The notes under the pieces are model-generated. The model was given only the letters and a program-made list of their open reading frames with translations. It made no database searches and was not told the DNA's origin. The position numbers and the translations under genes were made by a program. Positions 53,467 through 62,419 of a stretch of DNA of 64,000 nucleotides are shown piece by piece. The stretch comes from Candidatus Levyibacteriota bacterium (GTDB taxonomy: Bacteria; Patescibacteriota; Microgenomatia; Levybacterales; UBA12049), in contig JBBSGK010000003.1 in the NCBI GenBank assembly GCA_038254115.1, positions 9,624 to 73,623 of the forward strand, written 5' to 3'. Each line of letters begins with the position of its first letter. The first letter of the stretch is position 1.

Positions 53467-54969
53467 ATGGAACATCTCCTTTTTTACCTTTTAATCCTCT
53501 TTTTACCGACACAACTGGGTCTTCATTTTTGGCCAAACTTTTCATCCGTCTTGGGAATACGGGTTGATTACCTCTCCCCCACTGTTTACGTTACTGATGT
53601 CCTAGTAGGTTTATTGATTATTAGTTGGGTATTTAGAAAGTTAAGTAGCAGATATTCAAGGAACTCAAAACTCAAAACTCCAAAGTCAAAATTACAATTC
53701 AAAATTCAAAATTATTGGCCGATTTTAATGTGGTTATTAGTTATCGGTTATTTGTTATTAGTTGTTCTTTTATCCCGCAGGATAGAAGGCGGGCTGTATA
53801 GTCTACTCAAATTCATAGAAATGTCCTTTGTAGCTTATTACACAGCCAAATTTATAGACTTCACGAAAGCATTCCAAAAAATAATTATTCTTTTGTCTTT
53901 TGGTGTAATCAGTGAATCAGCTATCGCTATTTTTCAATTTATTTTTCAGGGATCAATCGGCGGCCAACTTTATTATTTGGGAGAGCGGAGTTTTACTTCT
54001 TCAACCCCAGGAATCGCAAACGCCTCGCTAAATGGAGAGCTTGTTCTTCGTCCCTACGGCACATTCCCCCATCCAAATGTGCTTGCAGGCTATTTAGTGG
54101 TTACAATGATATTGATCTTGTTTTCACTGAGCTTTCGAAAAGCTAATAAAGAATTAAGAATTAAGAATAGAGAATTAAGGCTTATGAAAAGTATGTCTCC
54201 CGCCGTAATTCGTAATTCGTTATTCATAATTCAAGTAACTGCTCTTGTTCTTGGCACAATAGCGCTGTTTTTAACAATGAGCAGAGTGGCGACACTGATA
54301 TGGATATTAATTGCTACTTACTTCTTTTTTAAATTGTCATTCCGAGCACTTCGACTTCGCTCAGCATTAACTCCGCCGAGAAATCTCGTTAATTCTAAAC
54401 TTGTCAAAAATAGATCCCTCCATGCATTTCATTTAGTCGGGATGACAATAGTTTTATTATTGGCAATTTTTTTCTTTACCCCGCTTGGCTACAGGTTTAC
54501 AAATATTAGAAGCGGTGACGAAGCAATTGTTCAGAGACAAATGTTAATAGATAGCTCAATAAAAATGATAAAAACTAGTCCCCTACTTGGGGTAGGCTTA
54601 GGAAATTTTATTCCTACCCTTGCAAAAATTCAAAAACCACTATCTCTTGGATTATATCTTCAACCTGTACACAATATATTTTTACTTGTAGCAGCAGAGA
54701 CTGGATTAATAGGACTAGGATTTTTCACGTGGTTCTTGTGGAAGACGTATAAAAGAATTAAGAAGCATGCTTCGCTCCCGCTCAGCACAAGCGAATTAAG
54801 AATAAAGGAAAGTTTAGTATTAGGGCTAAGTACTATTCTAGTCCTTGGTCTATTTGATCACTACTGGCTTACTCTTCAGCAGGGACAACTTTTTATTGCC
54901 TTTATTATTGGTCTTTGCTGGACAAATTCCAAACAGAAAGCTTCCACCCCCGTGAGTAGAAAAATTTAG
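53467..54969 (+). CDS. O-antigen ligase-like (Wzy_C/WaaL family) polytopic membrane protein with heptamer-repeat-encoded basic loops
   Basis: about 12 TM; C-terminal Wzy_C-like block RSGDEAIVQRQMLIDSSIKMIKTSPLLGVGLGNF...QPVHNIFLLVAAETGLIGLGFF; start moved from ORF-track 53377 (repeat-encoded) to ATG 53467. Confidence 0.6.
   Translation: MEHLLFYLLILFLPTQLGLHFWPNFSSVLGIRVDYLSPTVYVTDVLVGLLIISWVFRKLSSRYSRNSKLKTPKSKLQFKIQNYWPILMWLLVIGYLLLVVLLSRRIEGGLYSLLKFIEMSFVAYYTAKFIDFTKAFQKIIILLSFGVISESAIAIFQFIFQGSIGGQLYYLGERSFTSSTPGIANASLNGELVLRPYGTFPHPNVLAGYLVVTMILILFSLSFRKANKELRIKNRELRLMKSMSPAVIRNSLFIIQVTALVLGTIALFLTMSRVATLIWILIATYFFFKLSFRALRLRSALTPPRNLVNSKLVKNRSLHAFHLVGMTIVLLLAIFFFTPLGYRFTNIRSGDEAIVQRQMLIDSSIKMIKTSPLLGVGLGNFIPTLAKIQKPLSLGLYLQPVHNIFLLVAAETGLIGLGFFTWFLWKTYKRIKKHASLPLSTSELRIKESLVLGLSTILVLGLFDHYWLTLQQGQLFIAFIIGLCWTNSKQKASTPVSRKI
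53662..53710 (+). repeat. in-frame coding heptamer array AACTCAA x2, AACTCCA, AAGTCAA, AATTACA, ATTCAAA x2 inside the O-antigen-ligase-like gene (encodes NSKLKTPKSKLQFKIQN loop)
   Basis: 7 consecutive heptamers. Confidence 0.7.
54149..54231 (+). repeat. two further in-frame heptamer arrays in the same gene: AAGAATT x4 (54149-54176) and CGTAATT CGTAATT CGTTATT CATAATT (54204-54231)
   Basis: encode KELRIKNRELRL and AVIRNSLFII. Confidence 0.7.
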
Positions 54970-55125
54970 AAAGATTATCTTGTCAGGACAATCCATTCTA
55001 GTATTTTTTATTAATATCCCAACCTGTTACTCAATATTTTTTGCATCTAGCAACATGAAAACAAGTTTATAAAACATTAAACTTATCACTTATAACTTCC
55101 CTTTGTTTGTTGTATTATTAAGGAA

Positions 55126-57810
55126 GTGAAACAGGACCGCCCACACCTTATTGCAAGCGAGGAAAACAACAGTCTGCCGATATTAATTATTGACAAAAAA
55201 GGCATTATCGGCACTGCCTTGGCAAACAAGCTAAAAGATCAATTCCTGGTTGTACTGGTGAGCGGTAAGCAGCTGGAATTTCATAACAATATAGTCCATA
55301 TCCCCTACCGCAAGAAAATTCCTGTAATTCCGGACAACTCTTATTCACACATTTTTGTTTTTTATCACGGCGAGGAAGAGATTTTGGAAATACTTTTACC
55401 TCTTATTAAGAAAGCAAATGAAACAGCCGCCCGGTTATTTTTCTTTGCAAGTTTGATAAATAGCAGCGAGCAGCTTTTTAGGCGTTTGTCCAATCATGCT
55501 TATCACAGGACAAAAGTTGTTTTATACGGGGAGGTATTTGATGAAAAGATCCAGAACCCAAATATGGTAAATCTTTTCATCCATCAGGCACGAACATATG
55601 GGCGGGTTGTGATACCAAATGAAGGAATAGGGAAATTATATCCGATCTATCTTGAAGATTTATTAATCGTTATTGTCGCTGCTTCGTTCTCGATGGAGGC
55701 AAAAGGAGGAAATCTTTTTGTTTTCCCACGCCACCCGTTTACAGAAATTACAGTTGCCCGGGTTTTTCAAAAAATAAATCCTGATCTTAAAATAGATTTT
55801 AGTAAAAGAAGGATCCGAAATTATAACTACTACATTCCGGCAGTTGGTGATTACGCTTTTACCAATTACAACTTGGAGGAAGGGCTTAAGAAAATAAATA
55901 TATCTTCATCAAATACGGCATCGTTTGCGCCGGAAAAAAGCATCTCTCTTCCAAGACAGAAAATCAATTATAATAAGAAGTTTTTTTTACTGTTGCTTGT
56001 TGCGCTTTTACTACTGCCCATTCTGTTTGTTTTATTGACAGCGGGAGCGGGGGCATCTTTTGTTTCCCAATCAATTAAACAGGCAGAAAAAGGCAATTTT
56101 CAGTCAGCAAGCAGGCTTGGTACATATGGAAGTGTTGCTTTTAATGCTGCCTCGGCGATTGGGGGAGCCTATTTGCCGGGTGAGATCATCGCAAAGGAAG
56201 CAAAAGATAAGTTTGTCGGCAATCTTAGAACAGGAAAAGAAGTTGCAGATATAGAATCAGATTTATTCAAGTCCGCAAGCACCTTTTCAGACATATACAA
56301 AAATAAAGGTGCAAATATATCCAAAGAAGATTTTGTCAGGGCTCTGGCAAATATAAAAAATAATCTCCTTAAGATAGATCAAATGAAAGCGCAAGATCAA
56401 CTGCCCAAAGATTTTCAAGATAAGCTTAATAAAGAAAGTTATATGTTAACAACTCTTGAAAACACGATAGATTCGTTACCTCAAATTCTGGGGTTTGTTG
56501 GGAAAAAGCAATACCTGGTACTTTTTCAAAATAATATGGAGCTAAGGCCGGGTGGGGGATTTATCGGATCATACGCAATTTTAGCGGTTGAAAAAGGAAG
56601 GATTGAAAAATTTGAAATACATGATGTTTATGACGCGGACGGCAAATTGAAGACCCATATTGAGCCACCCTATGGCCTGAGACGTTACGGAGGGGTATCA
56701 CATTGGTTTTTGCGGGATAGCAACTTTGACGTTGATTTCACGACAAATGCTGCGGCAGCAGCTGATATCCTAAAGCGTGAAACAAATGAGCGGGTAGACG
56801 GCGTAATCGCGCTTGACACCAATTTCATAAAAAACATTTTGGAATCCGTTGGCCCTGTTGAGGTAGTAGATTATAAAGAGCAAGTGAGCGCTGCCAATTT
56901 TTATTTGCTGACTCAAAAGCATGCAGAGGACAATTTCTTTGCCGGGTCAACTCAAAAAAAAGATTTCCTAAGATCGCTTATGAGCAGCATGCTCTCCTCG
57001 TTTAGCGCAAATAAAGATATATCATACATAGATCTTTCAAAGCAGGTTGAAAAATCTCTCAAGGAAAAACACATCCTTTTTGCTTTTGCAAGCCCTGCAT
57101 TACAAAAGGTTTTTACAGTTAATAGCTTGTCGGGTGCGCTTTATGACGCCCGAGCTAAAAAGGAGAATTCAATTCAGGACTTTTTGGGGACATCGGATGC
57201 AAATATAGGGGCTAATAAAGATAATTATTATCTCAAACGTTCCATATCTCAAAACACAACGATAACAGAAAGTGGGGGAGTCACCGAGGAGGTGGCAATT
57301 AATTATATAAACACAAGTACAAAAGGAAGTGTTTTCGGGGGGGATTACAAAAATTATCTCCGCTTTATTTTGCCCAAAGGATCGGAGCTTAAGTCAATTA
57401 AGATTGACGGTCAGGATAAAGCTTTCATAGTAGCAGTGACAAATCCTTCTCAGTTCGGCGCGTCCGGTTATGTTCCCCCACAAGAACTGGAAGTTGAAAC
57501 TACAGAGGCAGGCGGCAAAGAAGTTATAGCGTTTCTGTTGATGGTCCCACAGCTTACAAGTAGGCAAGTGACAATTTCTTACACAATTCCGGAGAGTGTT
57601 AATCTCAATAATCCATCCTTTTCTTATGACTTAAGGGTCACCAAGCAGCCGGGAACCGACACGGATCCTTATGCGTTTAGCCTTTCATATCCATCAAGGT
57701 TCAAGCCAATCGGGCTCGGCAAGGACATTGTGGATCTGGGTGGAAAAGTAACACATGAGACAAATCTGAGCGAGGATAGGAATATAAGAATAAACTTCTC
57801 CCAGAAATAA
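55126..57810 (+). CDS. large membrane protein: N-terminal Rossmann-like cytoplasmic domain, single TM, extracytoplasmic DUF4012-like domain
   Basis: 894 aa; TM FFLLLLVALLLLPILFVLL; MELRPGGGFIGSYAIL...HWFLRDSNFDVDFTTNAAAAADIL...VDGVIALDTNFI resembles DUF4012. Confidence 0.5.
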   Translation: MKQDRPHLIASEENNSLPILIIDKKGIIGTALANKLKDQFLVVLVSGKQLEFHNNIVHIPYRKKIPVIPDNSYSHIFVFYHGEEEILEILLPLIKKANETAARLFFFASLINSSEQLFRRLSNHAYHRTKVVLYGEVFDEKIQNPNMVNLFIHQARTYGRVVIPNEGIGKLYPIYLEDLLIVIVAASFSMEAKGGNLFVFPRHPFTEITVARVFQKINPDLKIDFSKRRIRNYNYYIPAVGDYAFTNYNLEEGLKKINISSSNTASFAPEKSISLPRQKINYNKKFFLLLLVALLLLPILFVLLTAGAGASFVSQSIKQAEKGNFQSASRLGTYGSVAFNAASAIGGAYLPGEIIAKEAKDKFVGNLRTGKEVADIESDLFKSASTFSDIYKNKGANISKEDFVRALANIKNNLLKIDQMKAQDQLPKDFQDKLNKESYMLTTLENTIDSLPQILGFVGKKQYLVLFQNNMELRPGGGFIGSYAILAVEKGRIEKFEIHDVYDADGKLKTHIEPPYGLRRYGGVSHWFLRDSNFDVDFTTNAAAAADILKRETNERVDGVIALDTNFIKNILESVGPVEVVDYKEQVSAANFYLLTQKHAEDNFFAGSTQKKDFLRSLMSSMLSSFSANKDISYIDLSKQVEKSLKEKHILFAFASPALQKVFTVNSLSGALYDARAKKENSIQDFLGTSDANIGANKDNYYLKRSISQNTTITESGGVTEEVAINYINTSTKGSVFGGDYKNYLRFILPKGSELKSIKIDGQDKAFIVAVTNPSQFGASGYVPPQELEVETTEAGGKEVIAFLLMVPQLTSRQVTISYTIPESVNLNNPSFSYDLRVTKQPGTDTDPYAFSLSYPSRFKPIGLGKDIVDLGGKVTHETNLSEDRNIRINFSQK

Positions 57811-58659
57811 TTAATGGATGAATAGAATTTTGAATACTTCGTAGAATCCGTATAGGGCCAATATGATAAAGGCGATGCTTCCCAGAATAGAAACAGCAGG
57901 GTTTTTGACAACTTTGGTAGTTGTCTTGGGGGATAGGAAGAGAAATATATTAAGTACCATATGTCCCAGTATCACGCCGATTGAAAAGCCCAACACATTG
58001 ACGACATTAAATAAGGGGACATAACCCGCGAAATCATCAAGACCCAGGATAAAGGGAATTGTAAAAGAAAGCCCGACCAAGCTCCAAAACGATAAACCTT
58101 TTTTAGGTTTCATCGAAAGATTTGGAATAATGTATTTCAAGAATCGGTTGAAAAAGTTGTTAACCGGGGAGAGGATTGTTGTGATTTGGGAAGAAAGTAA
58201 AGAAAGTCTTCCCCTTGCTCCCTTTTCCTCACCTCTTATGTGTTCAAGGCTTTCCTCAGCAAGCTTGAGGAGAACGATCGCAGCAACAAGGATCATGACG
58301 GCAAGGAGGGGCTTAATTTCTTTGAAAAAATCCCAGACCGCAAGAATGAGAATTGTCCCAAGAGCGTTTCCTGCAGCTGTACCGATTTCAATTGCAATCC
58401 GGTTTTTGAGGCCTTTGTACCCTGCCATCAGATTACCGATAAATATTGCAAAATCCACAGATGTCTTGAGATAAATCGTAAGACCGATCAGCACATCGCT
58501 GATTTGTATTTTTCTGTGAATGTTGTCGGGAATCAATTTGTTAAGAAATATCACCTCAAGATATACAAGAAGTATCAGTATCCCGGCTGTGATGACTGTT
58601 AAGACAAGTGGAATAAGCTGATTTTTTCCTTGGTTTTTTGTAACATTTAAATTTTTCAT
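57811..58659 (-). CDS. polytopic membrane protein (putative permease), family unassigned
   Basis: 282 aa, 7-8 predicted TM helices. Confidence 0.4.
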   Translation of the reverse strand: MKNLNVTKNQGKNQLIPLVLTVITAGILILLVYLEVIFLNKLIPDNIHRKIQISDVLIGLTIYLKTSVDFAIFIGNLMAGYKGLKNRIAIEIGTAAGNALGTILILAVWDFFKEIKPLLAVMILVAAIVLLKLAEESLEHIRGEEKGARGRLSLLSSQITTILSPVNNFFNRFLKYIIPNLSMKPKKGLSFWSLVGLSFTIPFILGLDDFAGYVPLFNVVNVLGFSIGVILGHMVLNIFLFLSPKTTTKVVKNPAVSILGSIAFIILALYGFYEVFKILFIH

Positions 58660-58704
58660 AGGTAAATTCTAGAACAAAAACATATTTTAACACATAAGAG
58701 GGAA

Positions 58705-59346
58705 CTAAGAGGATTTTATTTTTAAAAACTTAAGTATCTTCTTGCGGTTTTCTTTGGTTTTAAGCGCCTCATATGCTGCCGGCATTAGAGACAATATAAT
58801 TACCAAAATAACAATTGGCTCAAAAAATTTATCAGGAATCAATTTTCCGACAAAAAAACCAAGAAGCGTTATCCCAATTGCCCATAACACGCTTCCTACA
58901 AAGTTGTAGATCATGAATGTTGAAAAATCCATTTCAGCAACTCCTGCAACAATTGGCGCAAAAGTTCTGACGATCGGGACAAAACGCGCAAGAATTATTG
59001 CTTTACCGCCGTGGCGATCATAAAAAGCACGCGCATGATGCAGATGCCTTTTCTTGAAAAGCCTGGAGTCCTCCCTGGTAAATAGATTTTTGCCTACATG
59101 TTTGCCAAACAAATATCCAAGCATATTTCCCAGGACCGCAGCAGTTGCAAGAATAATTAGAAGAACAAATATATTCATATCTCCTCTTGCTGCGAAGATT
59201 CCGGCTGCAAGGAGAAGGCTGTCTCCCGGGAGAAAAAAACCTAGGAAAAGGCCGGTCTCAGCAAATATTATTGCAAATAATCCAGGGTATCCAAATGTCG
59301 AGATGAGAAAGTGCACGTTGAGGTAGGTCTTGAGTGTTTCCAGCAT
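58705..59346 (-). CDS. DedA/SNARE-associated (TVP38) family membrane protein
   Basis: GYPGLFAIIFAETGLFLGFFLPGDSLLLAAG DedA signature. Confidence 0.8.
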   Translation of the reverse strand: MLETLKTYLNVHFLISTFGYPGLFAIIFAETGLFLGFFLPGDSLLLAAGIFAARGDMNIFVLLIILATAAVLGNMLGYLFGKHVGKNLFTREDSRLFKKRHLHHARAFYDRHGGKAIILARFVPIVRTFAPIVAGVAEMDFSTFMIYNFVGSVLWAIGITLLGFFVGKLIPDKFFEPIVILVIILSLMPAAYEALKTKENRKKILKFLKIKSS

Positions 59347-59421
59347 AAGGATTCAATTATAGATTATAAAGCAAAGATAAGTCCAGAAGTTTGCGAAGAA
59401 ATAAAACACAAAGAGTTGTAT

Positions 59422-60603
59422 TTATTTTGAATTTGCTTTTTCCAAAGCCTCGAGGCCGGGGACTGTGCCGTTTTCAATGTAAAAAAGCATAGCACCTCCG
59501 CCTGTTGAGATCCAGGTAATTTTACTCAGATAATCCTTTTTGGCAATTGCCGCAAGAGTATCGCCTCCTCCGACAACGGATTCAGCTTCATCATTTTGGG
59601 CGATTGCGTAGTATAGAAAATCTGTTCCTCTTTTGAAAATGGGATTTTCCATGTACCCAACCGGCCCATTCCAGATAATTGTTCTCGCGCTATTTATTAT
59701 TGCCCCAAAGTCGGCTTGAGTCTCAGGACCGATATCCAGTATCTCATCCTGCGTCGCAACGGAATCAATTTTTTTGACTTCACTTGTCTTGCCATCTCTG
59801 TCACTCGCAACAACAGCATCTTTAGGGAGCACGAAGCGGGTTTTTTCTTTTCTTGCAAGAGATAGAATATGCTTAGCAACTTTTATGTCCTCTTCCTCAA
59901 ACAAGCTATTCCCCAGATCATAGCCTTCAGCGGCCAAAAATGTATTTGCAAGCCCGCCTCCTAAGAGTAGAAAATCCGCAACCGATGTGAGTTTACTTAT
60001 AAACTTTATTTTGGTTCTTATTTTTTTGCCTCCTATGATTGCGACAAAGGGCTTTTTGTGATTCTTCATTATCTGGTCCAGAATGGTTGTTTCTCTTTTC
60101 AGCAAAAGCCCGCCGTAGGAGGGGAGAAGTTTGGGAAGCCCGACGATAGATGCGTGTTCCCTGTGCGAGACACCAAACGCGTCATTTACATAGACTTCAC
60201 CCAATGATGCTAATTGGCGGGCAAACTCCGGATCATTTTTCTTCTCGCCGGGATAATATCTTATATTTTCAAGCATTAAAATTTGCGCATCTGTGTTTTC
60301 TGTCACCAATTGCGGATGTTTCAGTGCGTCTTCAACAAATGTAATTTTGTGATCAGGCAAATATGAGGCGAGACGGTTTTTGACACGGATCAGCGAGTCC
60401 TCAGGGTCATGGTCTTTGGGATTATTTAAGTGAGCGATTATGATAATTTTATTTTTGTGTTTTAGAAGAAGTTGAATTGTCGGAATAGATTGGCGGATTC
60501 TAAGATCATCCGCAATTGTGAGATTTGCATTCAGGGAAACATTGAAGTCAACGCGGAGAAGAACGGTTTTATTTTTTATCTCGACTTCATCAACAAATTT
60601 CAT
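59422..60603 (-). CDS. pgk: phosphoglycerate kinase
   Basis: 393 aa; N-terminal VLLRVDFNV, hinge and C-terminal nucleotide-binding GGGD/GGGAML motifs. Confidence 0.95.
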   Translation of the reverse strand: MKFVDEVEIKNKTVLLRVDFNVSLNANLTIADDLRIRQSIPTIQLLLKHKNKIIIIAHLNNPKDHDPEDSLIRVKNRLASYLPDHKITFVEDALKHPQLVTENTDAQILMLENIRYYPGEKKNDPEFARQLASLGEVYVNDAFGVSHREHASIVGLPKLLPSYGGLLLKRETTILDQIMKNHKKPFVAIIGGKKIRTKIKFISKLTSVADFLLLGGGLANTFLAAEGYDLGNSLFEEEDIKVAKHILSLARKEKTRFVLPKDAVVASDRDGKTSEVKKIDSVATQDEILDIGPETQADFGAIINSARTIIWNGPVGYMENPIFKRGTDFLYYAIAQNDEAESVVGGGDTLAAIAKKDYLSKITWISTGGGAMLFYIENGTVPGLEALEKANSK

Positions 60604-60614
60604 CGGGCAAATTT

Positions 60615-60661
60615 AGTATAACATATTAAAACATGGTGTTGGCAAGAGGCCATGTTATACT
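60615..60661. promoter_or_regulatory. divergent promoter region with 10-bp perfect inverted repeat AGTATAACAT...ATGTTATACT providing TATACT -10 boxes for pgk (minus) and the AlkD-like gene (plus)
   Basis: 10/10 inverted repeat 60615-60624 / 60652-60661 with inner CATGG...CCATG; the pgk -10 sits about 12 nt from its ATG (near-leaderless). Confidence 0.35.
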
Positions 60662-60694
60662 CAATTTAAAATTGCCAAGAAAGTAAACTACTAC

Positions 60695-61408
60695 ATGAAA
60701 AAACAAAACAATTTACTTGCCCAGCTTACAAAAGAACTTCTTGGTTTTAAGGATCCGGAGAAGGCATTGTCAGTTTCTAATTACTTCAAAACAGGAAAAG
60801 GGCAGTATGGAGAGGGGGATGTGTTTTTGGGAATCAATGTGCCGGATCAGAGGAAAATTGCCGGGAAGTACAAAGAGTTGCCGCTTAGCGATATTAAAAC
60901 GCTTCTTAGAAATAAAATCCATGAGTTCCGGCTTACTGCTCTCATACTATTAGTTGCCAAATACAAAAATACAGACGGGTTGGGAAGGAGAGAGATAGCA
61001 AAGCTGTATATTAAGAACGCCAAGCGAGTAAACAATTGGGACTTAGTTGATTTATCAGCAGGATACATTCTTGGGGATTATTTGCTGGACCGGGAAAAAT
61101 CAATTCTTTATAAGCTCGCAATATCGGAAAACATATGGGAGAGAAGAATCGCAATTATCTCAACTCAGGGATTTATCAGAAATAGTAAATTTGACGATAC
61201 CCTTAGGATCGCTGAAATGCTTTTGGCAGACAAACACGATTTGATCCACAAAGCAGTAGGCTGGATGCTCAGAGAAGTGGGTAATAGGGATTTGGAAACA
61301 GAGTTGAAATTCCTGGATAAGCATTATCAAAAAATGCCAAGAACTATGCTGCGTTATGCGATAGAGAAGTTGAAAAAAAGCAAGCGCGAGTTTTATATGA
61401 AGAAGTAG
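60695..61408 (+). CDS. DNA alkylation repair enzyme family (AlkD-like HEAT-repeat glycosylase)
   Basis: 237 aa helical-repeat protein; NNWDLVDLSAGYILGDYL and ADKHDLIHKAVGWMLRE match the AlkC/AlkD family. Confidence 0.65.
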   Translation: MKKQNNLLAQLTKELLGFKDPEKALSVSNYFKTGKGQYGEGDVFLGINVPDQRKIAGKYKELPLSDIKTLLRNKIHEFRLTALILLVAKYKNTDGLGRREIAKLYIKNAKRVNNWDLVDLSAGYILGDYLLDREKSILYKLAISENIWERRIAIISTQGFIRNSKFDDTLRIAEMLLADKHDLIHKAVGWMLREVGNRDLETELKFLDKHYQKMPRTMLRYAIEKLKKSKREFYMKK

Positions 61409-61482
61409 AGAGTTAGCCCTGTGGATTATTAATTTGACAATTACAGCCAAAAAGTATTATGGTTATAAAGTTATATTAATAT

Positions 61483-62373
61483 ATGGCAAGAAGCAAGTCG
61501 CAAACCACATCTAAAATTCATAAACACTCAAAATCTATTACCACCGGAATTTTATTTCTGTTGCTTTTGGTCATACCCACAGTAATTATTGGGCAAAATA
61601 GACAAGATATCAGGCAAAGAGCGGCAACTAGCGCCCCTATTCACCCAACTGGCACATATACAGATTGGAATTGGCCTGCAAATCCTAAGGGATACACAAC
61701 CTTTGTATGGCAGGTTACTCCGCTTGTTGATCCCACGCCTGCTGGCTATTTCTGGGCGCATCAGTACGGTTTTAAAAATGGGGATGGGGGCTATACTGGT
61801 TTACAATCACAAGGATCAAGACGCAAGGATGGGAGCATTGGGAAGCTTGCAATTTTTTCCCTATGGGATACCACAGTTTCCCAAGGTCCGGCATGCGGTA
61901 ATTTCAGTGGAGAAGGGATAGGTCAAAGCTGCAGCATCGCATATGATTGGATTGCGGGGCGTACATATTCCCTGAGGGTTGCCCGAATGTCGGCAGATTC
62001 AACCGGTACGTGGTGGGGGTCTTGGGTTAAGGATACAGTCACTCAGACAGAAACTTTTATTGGGCAGATCAAGCTGCCTCTGGCCTGGGGTAAATTAAAT
62101 GAATGGTCTGTTGTATGGACTGAGAATTTTGCCCCTTCTATAACAGATTGTAGCCAGTTGATCCATTCCTCTGTCCGGTTTGGTACGCCTATTGCCGATG
62201 GTAATGTCCGTCCATCATCCCGCCTTAATCATCTATCTAATCCGCCTGGATGTCCCGGTTCATCAATTACAAACGTTCCGGCTGGTGTGCAACAGGACAT
62301 GGGAGCTGGTTCGGGTGGGATTAAACAGCTTATCCCTAGTCCAAGTCCGACTAGATCTCTCCGCGCCAGATAG
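61483..62373 (+). CDS. secreted hypothetical protein (GC-richer gene)
   Basis: 296 aa, N-terminal TM/signal (ITTGILFLLLLVIPTVIIG), W/G-rich beta-like body. Confidence 0.4.
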   Translation: MARSKSQTTSKIHKHSKSITTGILFLLLLVIPTVIIGQNRQDIRQRAATSAPIHPTGTYTDWNWPANPKGYTTFVWQVTPLVDPTPAGYFWAHQYGFKNGDGGYTGLQSQGSRRKDGSIGKLAIFSLWDTTVSQGPACGNFSGEGIGQSCSIAYDWIAGRTYSLRVARMSADSTGTWWGSWVKDTVTQTETFIGQIKLPLAWGKLNEWSVVWTENFAPSITDCSQLIHSSVRFGTPIADGNVRPSSRLNHLSNPPGCPGSSITNVPAGVQQDMGAGSGGIKQLIPSPSPTRSLRAR

Positions 62374-62382
62374 GCCTCTTTA

Positions 62383-62412
62383 TTGAATACAGATCGCAAG
62401 CTGTGTTAGAAT
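62383..62412 (+). promoter_or_regulatory. sigma70-like promoter with extended -10 for valS (TTGAAT-N18-TGtTAGAAT)
   Basis: TTGAAT 62383-62388; TGT TAGAAT 62404-62412; ATG at 62420. Confidence 0.4.
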
Positions 62413-62419
62413 CAGGTTC

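Noticed and set aside
3151-54231. Possibility that the short tandem repeats are CRISPR arrays
   Set aside because: Units are 7 nt with no unique spacers and no cas genes; not CRISPR.
58130-58602. Plus-strand ORFs 58130-58474 and 58240-58602
   Set aside because: Antisense to the 282-aa membrane protein gene.
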